A stretch of DNA of 62,356 nucleotides, counting the filler. It is 10 parts of 10 records of this genome, joined end to end, with 100 filler letters (N's around TTAATTAATTAA, not from the genome) between each part and the next. Parts side by side here need not be neighbours in the genome. Positions count along the whole stretch, not along the records: positions 27,078 to 39,000 come from SRR7504441_3383; positions 39,101 to 43,705 come from SRR7504441_3394; positions 43,806 to 47,514 come from SRR7504441_3395; 7 more parts are not named here. One strand, given 5' to 3'. Shown piece after piece: positions 35,078-47,392 of the stretch. Each line of letters starts with the position of its first letter. Position 1 is the first letter of the stretch. A program made the translations under genes and the position numbers. The notes below the pieces were generated by a model, which was given only the letters and a program-made list of their open reading frames with translations, ran no database searches and was not told where the DNA came from.

Positions 35078-36382
35078 TCACTTCATGGAGATCACGTTGT
35101 TCCACGTGTTGCAGTCCACTGTGACCACCGCTTTGGTCCACTCGCGCACAAACACATTCGGCTCGGTCTCTTTGCACACCTTGTCCACAGGCTCGCCGTA
35201 GTCCCGGTCCAGTCCGGCTGGGCGCTCGTACACCTGAGCGCACCCGCTCCAGCCATGCCCGAGCCAGGCGTGTCCCCCGCGAGTGGCCAAAAACGCGGCT
35301 ATGTCGGCCTCAGGGTCACTGATGTTGGAGGTGGACCCGTGGCAGCCCGGGGCGAAGGTGTAGACCATGGCATACTTTTGAGCGAACGATTGCGGGTCGC
35401 ACAGCGCTCTGACGTCGGCCGCGCACTTGGCCGGACTTGAGAGCGCGGGCGGAGAGACCATCGGGTCCGGGCAGTCGATCCAGGCCGTCTTCTCGGGGCT
35501 GCCGTTCCAGAACTGGTTCCAGCTGAACTTGCCCCGGCGCAGGATCTCGGCATACGCCTTGGCCTGGATCCAGTCAAAGGCGCCCACCAGCTCCGCGAGC
35601 TCAGCAGCCCCGAGACCCATGTCGGCGGCGGCGTTGCTGTCCATCTCGCTAGGGCCGCTCATGGTCCAGTGGTCGTCAAAGTAGAACCCGCTGATGTTTG
35701 GGTTGCCGGCCCCGGTCGGCCCGAATAAATACTCATCAACGTACCACTCGGCAAGTGTCTGCCCGTTGATGCTAAAGTTGGCCGCTCGAGGGTCAAACAG
35801 ATATTCGCCGACAGGGACAGACCCGACGTCGCACCCGGGCGGCAGGCAGTCCCCGTCCCCACGCGGGAACCCCGGGGTCTGAACGTGATCGTGGTACAAC
35901 TCTGTGCAGCGCGGCGGGCTGTAGCTGTCATCGCACAGCTTCCTGTGGTTGGCCGGGCTGCTCCTGTTGGCCAGAAATGCGTCGGAGAAGCGCATGAACC
36001 ACTTGGCGTACGCCGGGTCGGTGACCTTGGTCCGGACGAGTGTGTACCAGGGCAGGGCCTTGATCCCGTTCCGGTAGACCCAAACCGTGGTGCCCGGGGA
36101 GGCGCTGGTGGTCCGCCTGACCTGCTCGACCAGCATCTCCTCGCAGTTCATCGGCTTGGCCGCGGCCCACAGCTTCTTGGCGTTGCTCCAGTCGAAGTCG
36201 ACGATCCCCCAGCCCACTGTGCTGGCTGGGTCGGTTAGCCCGCTCTGGTTGCACGGCATGATGATCGTGGACCTGTTCATCGCCCACGTGACTGGGTACG
36301 GGCAGACCGACGGGATCCCCTTCTGCCCGGCCACCGCAGCCGCGAGCAGCAGCAGCCCCCGCACACGTGCCTGCACCTTCAT
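35078..36382 (-). CDS. Secreted hypothetical glycoside-hydrolase-like protein, essentially intronless
   Basis: Signal peptide, WGIVDFDWSN, VWVYRN, GFYFDD, LDRDYGEP and VFVREWTKAVVTVDCNTW. Confidence 0.6.
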   Translation of the reverse strand: MKVQARVRGLLLLAAAVAGQKGIPSVCPYPVTWAMNRSTIIMPCNQSGLTDPASTVGWGIVDFDWSNAKKLWAAAKPMNCEEMLVEQVRRTTSASPGTTVWVYRNGIKALPWYTLVRTKVTDPAYAKWFMRFSDAFLANRSSPANHRKLCDDSYSPPRCTELYHDHVQTPGFPRGDGDCLPPGCDVGSVPVGEYLFDPRAANFSINGQTLAEWYVDEYLFGPTGAGNPNISGFYFDDHWTMSGPSEMDSNAAADMGLGAAELAELVGAFDWIQAKAYAEILRRGKFSWNQFWNGSPEKTAWIDCPDPMVSPPALSSPAKCAADVRALCDPQSFAQKYAMVYTFAPGCHGSTSNISDPEADIAAFLATRGGHAWLGHGWSGCAQVYERPAGLDRDYGEPVDKVCKETEPNVFVREWTKAVVTVDCNTWNNVISMK

Positions 36383-36480
36383 CTCGTCACACGGCACTTC
36401 CTCAGGCAGAAGGTGAGAGCTGCGGCGTGGCAGCCTCGACAGAGTGCCGTTACCGTTAAACACGGCGACCGGAGGAGGCT

Positions 36481-37591
36481 ATGCGTAGCGTGCTGCGAGC
36501 GTGCGCGCTGCGGCCCGGTCAGCTGGCCCGTCGGCTGTGCTCGGCCAGCGCGGCCGAGTTCGGGGAGCACGGGTTCTGCATCGTGCGGCAGGCGGTGCCG
36601 CCGGGGTTGCTTTCCGAGCTGCAGGCGCACCTGGTCTGGTTGATGGACAAGTACCCTCAGGTACCCCCGAGCAAGCTCCAGCACCCGCTCAGCTTCACCG
36701 ACCCCTTCTGGGTGCGCGCAGTGGCCGAGCCCCGGCTGTTGGACATCGCGGCTCAGCTGCTCGGCACCGACAGCCTGGCGCTGTTTGTATCGCACTACCT
36801 GTGCAAGCTGCCCGGGGCCGGTGAGCCTGTTCTCTGGCACCAGGACGGCAGCTACTTCGGGCTCGAGCCCACCGAGCAGTCGGCCGCACTGCCGGCGATC
36901 GGCCCGATCAATATGTGGCTGGCGATCGACCCTTCGACGGCCCAGAACGGTTGCTTGCGCGTGATTCCAGGTGAGCCGGTGCCGGCATCGCCTGGGGCAG
37001 GATCCGCGCGGGGCAGGCTCGCACCGGAGCGGCGTGCTGCCTGTCACCGGGCGGACTGGCGCGGACGATGTGCTCGGCACGTCGGTGGCCGGGCCGGTGG
37101 ACGAATCGAATGCAGTCGACCTCGAGCTGAGCCCGGGCGACTTGTCGGTACACCACCCGGCGCTGCTGCACAGCTCGCGACCCAACCTGTCGGAGCGACG
37201 GCGGTGCGGGCTGAATATCCGTTACATCCCGACCAGCACCCGAGTGGTTCAGGAGCTGGGGGACGCACTGTTCCTGATGCGCGGAAGCGCGGTCGAGGGA
37301 GTCAACACGTACCGGGCCTGGCCGAGATACGTGCAGGGGGAGCACATGAGGTTCGAGGGGTGCGATGAGTGGAACCAGGCTAAGCTAGCCCGGCAAGGCG
37401 CCGGGATCCCAGAACTCGGAGAGAAGGAAGAAGACAAGAGGCGGCGGCTGGTGCGCTGCACTTACTGGCGGGCTCACGGATGGCTGTGCTAGGTGGATTA
37501 TTTTGTGCAGCTGTCCGGTCGGGCCGCGAGTGCCAAGGCGATGGCCAAGAGCATTCATCACGACATCGATCGGGGACAAAAGACTTATTAA
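36481..37591 (+). CDS. Phytanoyl-CoA dioxygenase (PhyH) family 2OG-Fe(II) oxygenase, 2 introns
   Basis: WHQDGSYF, WLAIDPSTAQNGCLRVIPG|SH, LLHSSRPN and RRCGLNIRY. Confidence 0.92.
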
Positions 37592-37822
37592 AGTGTATGC
37601 GTGTAGAGATACTACAAGGTGTACAAAACTAAGAGAGCTCGTATTTCATTTTGTATTGAGCTACTGGTGCTATATCGATTCGGCGTCTATTGTAATCCTA
37701 GTAGGGCCGGTTGGTCGATGTCGTAGCTTTAATAAGCCCAGAACCCACCCGCCAAGCCGGCGCGGCACCTCGAAATCAGATCAGCTTTGCTAGAAAACAT
37801 TTGTGTTGGCACGTAACAGTTG

Positions 37823-38919
37823 TTACTCGTTGTCGCGATTGCTAGTATACTCATTCAAAAAGGGGTGGGCTTCGATCTGAGGTAGCGTGGCTCTTTCTTC
37901 TGGTCGCTTGACCAATATTGCATCGAGCAAGCTCGAAAGCGATGGATCGACATCGGCCGGCACCGGGCGCGGATCATCGTTCGCAATGTTCTCGAACAGT
38001 TCGAAGTAATTTTGGTTGTCAAACGGAAGCCAGCCGAGCCCAAGACTGTAAATGCACACACCTGCACATAGTAAGATGAGCCCGTAGCGAGGAGATTGGA
38101 CCGACCGTATTTCCACACGTCGCTCGCGAAGCAACTAAAGCCAGTAGCGCTGCTTTGCACCATCTCCGGTGAGAAGAATTGGTAAGTCCCCTTGGAGGCC
38201 ATCGCCCATCCTCGCTCGTTGTCTGTATCAAAAAGCGTGGCCTCGCCAAAGTCGGCTATCTTAAAGACACCACCGGACCGGAGCACGTTCTCTGGCTTCA
38301 GGTCACGGTGGCATATCAAGTGACCGTGAAGATATCTCAGTCCCGCCGCCACCTCCCTTGCGCACTGCCTGAGCTCCGGGAGCTGCATCGGCCGGCCATC
38401 CGGCTGCAAGTACTCGCGCCGGTCTGCTTCCCAGTAGCCGGCTTGCCCGTCGCACAGTTCGAGAACCATAAACATCCGGTCGCCTGCCCACACGCTCAGC
38501 CCAGTCCGGCCAGCCCGCCCACAGCTGTCGTCGTCGATCAGCTCCACGAACCGGACCAGGTGGGGATGGAGCAGCCGTCGCAATATGCCCACGGCGCCAT
38601 GGACTCGCTCTCGACTGGTCCGCAGCCGCTTCGAGCCGCCCCGCCGGACATGAGTGCGCTCCATTGATCCACGCGGTAGCACCTTGATAGCGAATTCGGC
38701 GCCGTCGTCGGCTCGGACCGCCCGGTGAACAGTGGCGAAGGTGCCATGCCCAATCTCGGCTGCCAGTGTGTACTGGTTGATCGTGGAGCTGTCGCCGGTG
38801 GCCAGTTCGGTGCTCAGCCAGCGCTGCTGAACCTGCTGCCAGGCTGGGCTGGTGGGGCTCGGCTCCCCCTCCTGCTCCTCGCTGCCGCCGCCGTACTGTC
38901 GCGACTCGCCTGATCCCAT
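37823..38919 (-). CDS. CAMKK-like Ser/Thr protein kinase, short introns
   Basis: INQYTL..IGHGTFATV, AIKVL, HPHLV..ELIDD, HRDLKPENVL, KIADFG and GTYQFFSPE. Confidence 0.9.
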
Positions 38920-39128
38920 CAAGATCTGGCGCCTAACGGCAACTCAGGCTCGGTTGGGATGCCTTGCGTACACGGCCGGCAGCGCTACCAGTGCAAGGAG
39001 NNNNNNNNNNNNNNNNNNNNNNNNNNNNNNNNNNNNNNNNNNNNTTAATTAATTAANNNNNNNNNNNNNNNNNNNNNNNNNNNNNNNNNNNNNNNNNNNN
39101 ATTGAATTCCGTTCTCGTGTTCAGGGGC

Positions 39129-40724
39129 TTACGCCGACCCAACAATCCTCTGGACGAATGCTTGCACCAACGACTCTAATTGCGGGTGCGGGTTGTGCCT
39201 ACTCGTGACGACAAACGGGACCGCAGTGTGGTCACCCTCGGCTGGCAGTACCCCACAGTCCATCCATTGCTGAATGAGCAGTGCTGGGTCCTCCTCGGGA
39301 AGAGTGCACTTGATTGGCAATTGTCGCCCTTCGTGATCTACCAGAGGCACCTGCACACGAGCAGCTTGGTGGCTGGCGAGTTGGGCAGCACCTTGGCGGC
39401 ATCCGCAGCGTCCAGCGGGACCAGCGCCCAGAAATGGCCCGAAGAAAAAGCCAGACAGATCGGCTCCTTGACCTGCGTTCCACCATCTCAGCCAGGAGCA
39501 GCTGCACACGCTGCAACCGCTGTGTGCGCCACTGGGTCCCACAGTAAAGGCAGGTAGACGCCGACCATGTCGTTGGGGGCCATCCCGTCGCTCGTCTCCT
39601 TTGGGCCGTATACGATGATCGGTCTCCGCAGCACGTTGGAGAGCACAAATACATGGAGAGAGCAGAGCGACGCACTAGGTTGCTCGGCCCACTCAAGCTG
39701 CTGGTGGTATTCCCCATCCAACCGACCTGCCACGACGCTCTCAGCGGCAGCCGCTCGGAGCCCGGACCGTGCACATCAGCTATCCATTGCTGGAGGTCGG
39801 CCTGGCTGCTGCAGGCGGCCTCACCGATGGCTAGTTCCTGCGCTGCAGCTCAGGTGCTGGCAACAGCTAGGCTGGACCGCGCGCGCTTCGCACTGCTGCC
39901 ATCTGTCCCGGAGCTGCCACGACTCGTCGTCGAGCAGTCCATGCAGCATTACTGTCCTTACAGTCCGCTTACGGTCCTGAATGCCCCACATAGCAGCACA
40001 CACCTGGCCCAGCAGGCTCAGCCATCGGCCCCGAGCGCAGCGCACCGAGTTCAATAGGCAGTTGCCGTCTCCCCGGATGCCAAGCGGCACCAGCTGGTCC
40101 AGCCCGCGGTGCCAGTTGAGCACTCTGGCCGCGTTCATCCCTGCCCTGTGCGTCGGCCTTGCACGGGGCACACGCACTGTCAAAGAAATCCATGTCGCAA
40201 AGCGCGTCCAGGGCCTGCCGGTACATTGGCTGCGGCAGCCCGACGTTGTGCAGGAAGCGCAGCGTGAAATTATGCGAGACCAGCCGCCTAAGACAAGCCA
40301 GCTAAGACAGGCCGCAAGCCGTCGGCCTTCACCGTGCCACCACCGCCCGGCTGCCGCCGTCTGTTACTTGCTGCTCCAAGCTGCCCACGATCTGGCTCTC
40401 CAGCTCGGCCGCGATGAAGTAGCCCTGCCCCTTCCGTTCAATCTCGCTGGGCGGTGGCCGTACCTCGAACGTTGTGGACAAGGTCCCGTCGAATGGCATC
40501 TCCGGGGAGGCCAGCCCCGGGGCGGGGGGCGGCGGGGGCGGTGGGGGCGACCGTGGAGAGTGCTCCCGGAGCCACCTGAGCGCGGCGTTCCGGTTGCCGT
40601 GGTGCAGGCTGAGCGCGCGCAGGTTGCGCTCCCGGTCGCTGAAGCCGACCTGCTCCAGGAACTCCAACTGCTCGCTCCACTGGTCCCCGGGAAGCTCCGC
40701 GGAAGGGGGGGGCTTCAGCTGCAT
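39129..40724 (-). CDS. UBA + OTU deubiquitinase of the A20/OTUD7/TRABID type, multi-intron
   Basis: UBA-like segment LEQVGFSDRERNLRAL..GNRNAALRWL; GDGNCLL; LHVFVLSNVLRRPIIVY; GVYLPLLW; HFWALV. Confidence 0.85.
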
Positions 40725-40842
40725 GGGTGACTAATCCGAACGGCGCGGGAGCGCGCTGGCCGACGTGGCGGTCGCCAAGAGAGACGCCGTGAACCTCACC
40801 GCTTCCTTGTGGCTGCACTTTGTCCGTTACCAAACCACCGGC

Positions 40843-41805
40843 ATGTTGCGAGCCGCTCTGGTCGGAGCCTTGGTGGCGTGCGCCTCTGCAGTCGAACTGA
40901 CCGAGGCCAACTGGAGCGAACAGACAACGGGCAAATCAGTCTTCGTAAAGTTCCTCGCTCCTTGGTCCGGCCGCCTTCCGGCCGCCGGGCCCGAGCGGTC
41001 CTGCAGGTGAGGCCACTGCAAGTCCATGAAGCCGGCATGGGACCGGTGAGTAGCCGTCCGTCCGGCGTGGGGCCGACGGGCTGGGCAGGCTCATGGACGA
41101 GTTCAAGGACTCGAAAACCGCCCTGGTGGCCGACGTGGACTGTACCGTCGAGGAATCGCTCTGCTCCACACACAACGTCGAGGCGCAGCCCCGGCGCAGG
41201 CAGCCGGTCGAGCGGAGGGTAGGGGTTCCCGACTATCAAATACGGCAATCCTTCGGCGCTGCAGGACTACGACGGCGGGCGCGAGTTCGACGAGCTGCAG
41301 GAGTTCGCTAAGGTGCCCGAACCAGCTGATCGGGCCGGAGCTCGGCGGGCAGAATAATCTGGGCCCGGTGTGCGGGATCGCATCGCTCGAGAACTGCAGC
41401 GACGAGGTGAAACAGCAGATCGATGCGGCGCAGAAGCTGTCGAACGACCAGATCAAGGAGCAGCTCAAGAGCCGGAAAGCGGCAATTAAGTCAGTCGAAT
41501 CTGAGTTCGAGGAGGAGGTCGAGAAGCTTTCTAGCCAGTACGAGAAGCTGATCAAAGACAAGGACGCCAAGGTCAAGGCGCTCAAGAAGGAGGGCGACAG
41601 CACCAACCCTTCGATAGACGTTCTGAGCATGGTCTCAAGCGATAGAGGCATCAGCCCACCTCCGGAGCCGGAGGACGAGGGCAACGACTACGGCGACGAC
41701 GACATGGGTGACTATCAGGAGGGCGAGGAGGGCGACTACGAGGGCGACGACGAGTTCCCGGAGGATGGCGACGAGGGCGAGGATACTGCCGAGGACGGCC
41801 TGTAG
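40843..41805 (+). CDS. PDI/thioredoxin-like selenoprotein (active site WUGHC, in-frame UGA 41008-41010) with signal peptide and acidic tail, 4 introns
   Basis: Splicing out 40965-41006 gives VFVKFLAPW-TGA-GHCKSMKPAWD, followed by VADVDCT and GFPTIKYG. A SECIS lies in the 3' UTR. Confidence 0.9.
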
Positions 41806-41885
41806 AGCAGCAGAGGCACTTTAATGACAAGTTGCCGAGGCTGGTCGGGCTGGGCTAGGCTTGGGGCAGGCTGGGGCTGGGCATC

Positions 41886-41931
41886 GCTAATGACGCGCAA
41901 GTGACAAATTTAGCATCACTTGGGCTGATAG
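41886..41931 (+). promoter_or_regulatory. SECIS element (form I)
   Basis: AUGAC core at 41890-41894; helix GCGCAAGUGA/UCACUUGGGC (9 of 10 paired); apical loop cAAAuuuagca; UGAU at 41926-41929. Confidence 0.88.
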
Positions 41932-42253
41932 AACGTGAGTGGTCGCTCCCATCGACTCTCACAACCAGAATGCTCTCCATTGCTCCTCAAAGCCGGTTCA
42001 ATTCAATTAGCCGAGGCAACGAAGCAACGTAATGTTACGGTATATGCATGATTGTTGATCGTAAGTAATAGATTTATCATATATTTATGTATGTTTTTCC
42101 CGTAATGATCATATGATCTAAACATCGGTTGCTGCTCTCGTGCTCTCGTGTGCTCTCCTGACGTCCTGGACTCTTGGCGCGATCCAACGGCGACGCGCGT
42201 GCGGACTGCGAGTTGGCTTGCGTGTTGACCGCCTCGGCTCCCCTCCGGCCAGC

Positions 42254-43276
42254 ATGCTGTCCAAGGCGCTCCGGGCGGCAGGGCGCCGGCCGCTCCTGTG
42301 CCACCGGCTGGCCCGGCCGCAGCTCGCGCCCAGCCGAGCCATGTCCGCCAGCCCTTCCGGGCCGGCCCCGCCGATCCCGGCCCCGCCGCCGGCCGAGCCG
42401 CCGGTGGAGCTGCCGGTGGAGCTGCCGGAGGTCTATGTGCCGACCTACGCGGGCGACTCGTGGTACGGGCCGTTCGACGGGATGGAGATGCTGCTAGAGT
42501 ACATGCACGCCAACTCGGGGCTCGGCTGGTGCGAGGTGATTGTGCTCACAACCTTCGGGTTCCGGCTCATGATGACCCCCGTGATGATCGGGGTGCTCCG
42601 GAACTCGCAGCGGATACAGCGGATCCAGGGCCAGGTGCAGGCCCTGACCGACAAGATCAAAGCCGCTTCGACCACCGACCCCATGCTTCAGAAGCAGTAC
42701 GCAGCCGAGATCAACAAGCTGTTCGAGACTAACGATTGCCACCCGCTGCGCAGCCTGCGCGGGATCGCGATACAGGCCCCGGTGTTCATGAGCTTCTTCT
42801 TCGCCATCCGCAGAATCGCTGCCGCCGATCCGAGCTTTGCGCACACAGGGATGCCCGAGCCACTCAGCTGGGTGACCGACCTGTCTATGCCAGACCCGTA
42901 CTACGTGCTGCCAGTAGCGACCAGTCTGACGATGATGCTGACCATCCAGCTGGGGGCGGACGGGCAGCAGGTGCAGAACAATCCTCAGATGAAGTACATA
43001 ATGATGGGGTTCGGTGGCCTGCTCATACCGGTCACTTCGTACATGGAGTCTGGGCTCTTCTGTTACTGGCTCACTAGCAACTGCTACTCGCTGGCCCAGG
43101 TGGGCGTGCTCAGGATCCCGGCCGTCCGGAACTTTTTTGATTTGCTCCCCCCTCCTCCAGTCGAGCCAGCCCCGGGCACAGCGCCCATTCGGTATATAGA
43201 TGACGAGAAGCCGGAGGAGGGAGCCGAGGGTGACGAGCCGGCCAAGCCGCAGTTTAAGCGGAAGAAGAAGAAGTGA
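42254..43276 (+). CDS. OXA1: Mitochondrial inner-membrane insertase Oxa1 (YidC family), intronless
   Basis: Arg-rich presequence, MHANSGLGWCEVIVLTT, CHPLRS..IQAPVFMSFFFAIR, WVTDLSMPDPYYVLP and GLFCYWLTSN. Confidence 0.93.
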   Translation: MLSKALRAAGRRPLLCHRLARPQLAPSRAMSASPSGPAPPIPAPPPAEPPVELPVELPEVYVPTYAGDSWYGPFDGMEMLLEYMHANSGLGWCEVIVLTTFGFRLMMTPVMIGVLRNSQRIQRIQGQVQALTDKIKAASTTDPMLQKQYAAEINKLFETNDCHPLRSLRGIAIQAPVFMSFFFAIRRIAAADPSFAHTGMPEPLSWVTDLSMPDPYYVLPVATSLTMMLTIQLGADGQQVQNNPQMKYIMMGFGGLLIPVTSYMESGLFCYWLTSNCYSLAQVGVLRIPAVRNFFDLLPPPPVEPAPGTAPIRYIDDEKPEEGAEGDEPAKPQFKRKKKK

Positions 43277-43805
43277 ATGGGGTGCCTGCGAGAGGGATGG
43301 TTCTGTGGATAGCTCGGCTTTGACGCTAGTGAGTGTCGGTGTTTGGGGGTGAATCATTGCCCGATTTAATAGTAAGTTAATCTATGAAACCCGCATAAAC
43401 TTGTTCTGCTTTCTTACATAGAGTAGCCTTTATCGATAAACTGTAATTTTAAAAGGGATTTTAATTGAAGATAAATTGAAGACCGGTCACGAGTAAGCTT
43501 ACATGGCGTGCCTTCGATGGAAACCATATTGCAGACAGATCAAAATACAGAATACTTGTACCGTCGGGCTACGTGGTCCAGCGTGCTATTATCCGCTGCA
43601 CGTGCGTGCTCTTCGCATAGATCCGGTCCCAGAAGCCACGCACACGCCGTGTCCCACCCCGCGACCTCCCCGCAGGCTGGGCAGCGCCATCTCGTCCCCC
43701 CCCCCNNNNNNNNNNNNNNNNNNNNNNNNNNNNNNNNNNNNNNNNNNNNTTAATTAATTAANNNNNNNNNNNNNNNNNNNNNNNNNNNNNNNNNNNNNNN
43801 NNNNN

Positions 43806-46186
43806 CTCGCATTAAACAGGGCCGGCTGAGCGGTGCGCTGCAGGGGCTACTACCAGTACCCCAAGGTACCTCATGTGGATCGGTTCAAGTTCATCACCCG
43901 CGGACGTTTCATGACCAATATATGCGACCGCTGGGCCTTCCACAAGACCGACAACCTCCAAACCGCATGGTTCAACGGAGCCGGCTATGAGTCGTGGGGT
44001 GCCCGGCCCGGCCCGTCCAACCACTCACTGTATGGCCAGAGAACGTGTGGGGCACCTGGAACGGGATTGTCCCGCGGGACGGCGAGGCTATCCGCCGTGT
44101 GGCTACAATGCTCCGGTACTTTGGGGCACCGCACACTGGCCTGCTGCATTCGCCGGACTGGGAGCCTCACACCCCCAGCTGCATCCAGCCCGGGGTATAC
44201 TGCTCTGTCTTCCCTGGCACGGCCGGTGACCGTCTGTGGACGCTGGTCAATCGTGCCGGTGCCAACCTGACCAGTGCTGTCCAGCAGCTCTGGGTGGTGC
44301 CTCAGCAAGCCTCCAGTCTGTTCTGGGACTGCTACAGCGGCGTACAGCTCACGCCGGAGCCCGTGACACCAGTCCCGGCCCCGCCGGCTGTCCCTGCCGG
44401 GTTCCGGGCGTTCGAGGGCGCCAACTGCTACTCGGGGCATGGCGGGGACGATATGGATGGCAACCAGCCGTCTCACGCAGGCTCTGTCCAGGCTTGCGTG
44501 GCCAGCTGCAACAGCAGCAGCAGCTGCGGCTGTGTCACTTACCAGAGCAGCACCGGTCAATGCTGGCGGCGGTCGTCGTGCGAACCGGCCGGGTTCGAGT
44601 ACAAGACCGAGTACGATACGTACCTCAAGGCCGAAGGGTACTCGACCTACCCGGCTTCGAATTGCTATGCGGGCCACGGAGGCCAAGACATCGACTCAGA
44701 CCAGACTGCGCCGACAGGACTCTCCCAGCAGCAGTGCCAGGTGTGCTCCCGGGCAGCGATGGCTGACCCGCTGCGCAGGCTCGGTGCGACGCCGACAAGG
44801 CGTGCAGCTGCGCCACGCTCTCCCCATCCACTGGGAAGTGCTGGAAGCGATCTGAGTGCGATCCGTCCGGATTCGCGCATGATCCCGGCTTCGTGGTGAT
44901 GCTCAACCAAGCCCGTGCCCCGACCGGGCCGTCGCCGGCGCCAGTCCCTGTACCGCCCAACGCCAAGTGAGTCGGCTCTCGCTCTGCGGCCGACTGTGTG
45001 GACAGGGCATTGGCTTTCCCAATCGAGGCTGACGGGTATGGCTGTGTGCTCGAGACCAACGGGCCAGCCGATACGGCGCTGCAGGGCTTTCTGGCCAAGA
45101 TGAAGCAGCTGACTGCAGCGCCGCTGTACACGCTCTCGGCGGAATGGACCTACCTGCCGCAGACCATTGTGGCGATCCCGCTTACCAAGAGCTACTCGAG
45201 CGCCCCTGCTGGGACTGTGCTGGTGCCAAAGGCTGATGCATACCGGTTCCAGACCAGGGGGGTGATGATAGAGGGCGATGACGGGCACGGGGTGGACGTC
45301 CAATACCCATGGGAGTCGCACCCGGCCCGCGAGCACGACCACACTCTCTCGGTGACCAGATCTCTATAAATAACTGCCACGGCTGTAGTAGAGTATTAGC
45401 TATGGCATGGCGAGACCGTGCGGGCAGGTCGGGCCGTTCTACATGCACAAGTACCCTGTCACTACCGGCCAGTACGCCAAGTACCTGGCGGCCACCAAGT
45501 ACCAGCCGAAGGAAGACTACCGCTGGTTGAAGAACTGGCAGGTGCCCTCCGCTCGGCGGCTGGTCGCTCACTGAGTTTCAGGGCAAGTCAAGTCCGCCTG
45601 CCGGAATGGAGTCTCTGCCAGTGAGTTACGTCAGTCTGAACGAGGCCCGGCTCTTCTGCAGCTGGGCTGGTGGCCGGCTGCCGCACAGCTACGAGTGGCA
45701 GTACGCTGCTCAGGGCACCGACGGCCGCAAGTACCCCTGGGGGAGCACCGCAGACCAGGCAGCCGCGCTGCCCGACCGGTGCTCAGATCTGGGGCCAGTC
45801 CAAATACCCAGTGCTGCATTCTGGCAACAACTTCCAAGGACCAGAGAATGTCACTGCACACGCGCCCGCCGGCGACTCTCCGTTTGGCGTGTCTGACTTG
45901 GTCGGGAATGTGCGAGCTACGTTCGGGCCGGGCCGAGCGGTGGCAGGTGTGGCAATATACAGACGAGTTCCAAGATGCGCACACCAGGGCGGTCATCCTG
46001 ATGGGAGGCTCAAACTACCGGCCGACCGGATCGAACTGGTATTTCCCGCAGGCGGTTGAGCTCGATACACACAACAAGTCCGGGCCGGGCTGGCGGTTAG
46101 CTGAGCTGTGGGGCAGGTACTTTCTGATGTCCGACTCGTATGAGCGGGCGGGGACTGTCGGATTCCGTTGCGTGTTTGATGCTTGA
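43806..46186 (+). CDS. FGE-sulfatase domain protein with inserted PAN/apple-like Cys-rich repeats, 5'-partial, multi-intron
   Basis: AWFNGAGYESW|ENVWG; repeats NCYSGHGG and NCYAGHGG; C-terminal PVSYVSLNEA, RLPHSYEWQYAAQG, YPWG, DLVGN|VWQ and GFRCV. Confidence 0.85.
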
Positions 46187-46509
46187 TTCTCGAGAGCATT
46201 TCTCAAGAGATCAGGGCGTGATTTTGATCGCACCCGTGGTCGTGATCAATGATGTGTACAAGTGCAACCGACAAGCCGATTGTTAACGACACTCTTACAG
46301 GCTCTTAACAATAAATGGCAGTACTTGTATTACAGTAAGCAGCATGCAATAAGTGTCAAACTGACTCAATAGATCAATGAACCGACCGATCATACGTACG
46401 CAAGTACAGACACGGTTAGCTCACCGACAACCGGATCCGCCAACTAACGATTGCAATCGCCTTCGCGGGATAATTATAGCAGCACGCCATCTTGAGCCGC
46501 TGGTCGGAT

Positions 46510-47392
46510 TCAAAGCTCGATCTTCTCGCCTTGGAGCAGCGCCGCATACTTGTCACTGAGTGTCTTCGAGCCTTTGATTCCTTCCAAAGGATCCGGGAAC
46601 AGAGGGCCGTACACAGGAATGTCATGCAGCGGGTAAGCCCCTGCACGCCCACTCAGTCTGCGCCGCGCCGAGGCCGCACCAGACACCGCCGGGCCCGCAG
46701 TCTGCAGCTTGATAGCAGAGCTCCCTGAGACCGCATCCGCCACAGCCTGGTTGGAGCCATCGAACACGACACACTTGGCTCCCGACAGTCCCGCCGCCGA
46801 GTTGACCGAGGCCACGCTCGCCCCGAGTATGCCCGACGAGAGCTCACAGAGCAGCTGTTCGGCAGGCGTGTCGCACCACACCGCTATGGTGTCGCCCTTG
46901 GTCACCCCCAGCTCCAAAAGCCCGCAGGCCAGCGCGTCGGCGTGACCCTTGACCTGATCCCGGGTGAGCGGGCGGCCACCGGCGATACGGACCTCCTCGA
47001 AGCTCCACTTGATGTTCTGAGAGTCGATTTGCACCGCCGGTCGCCGACTGGTCCGCTCGGCGTGCATCGTGAGAGCCATCCCAACAGTAAGGTTGCCGGT
47101 CTCCGCCGGGCTTAGCCGCGGCGGGTTGGCGTTGTCGCCCGTGAAGAACGGCGCGCCCTCCTGCCGCCGGGCGTGACCGGCGCGGCCGCCGGCCGGGCAC
47201 CTGGCCGCCAAGGGGGAGGGGCCCGATCTCGCCTCCGGTTGTGAAGTCGGTACCGGACACCAGTTCGGACCCGTGCAGCCGGCCCGCGGAGCACAGCCAT
47301 CTGCCCCGGTTTAGCCGACGCCCATTGCCAGCTTCGCACCGGGCTTGGAATCGGCGCATGCCCATGCCCACGATAGCTCGGCGCACAGCCAT
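46510..47392 (-). CDS. Short acyl-CoA-synthetase N-terminal-like protein with a probable mitochondrial presequence, about 4 introns
   Basis: MAVRRAIVGMGMRRFQAR leader; LTVGMAL...KWSFEE|VKGHADALACGLLELGVTKGDTIAVW. It ends without the AMP-binding P-loop. Confidence 0.65.
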
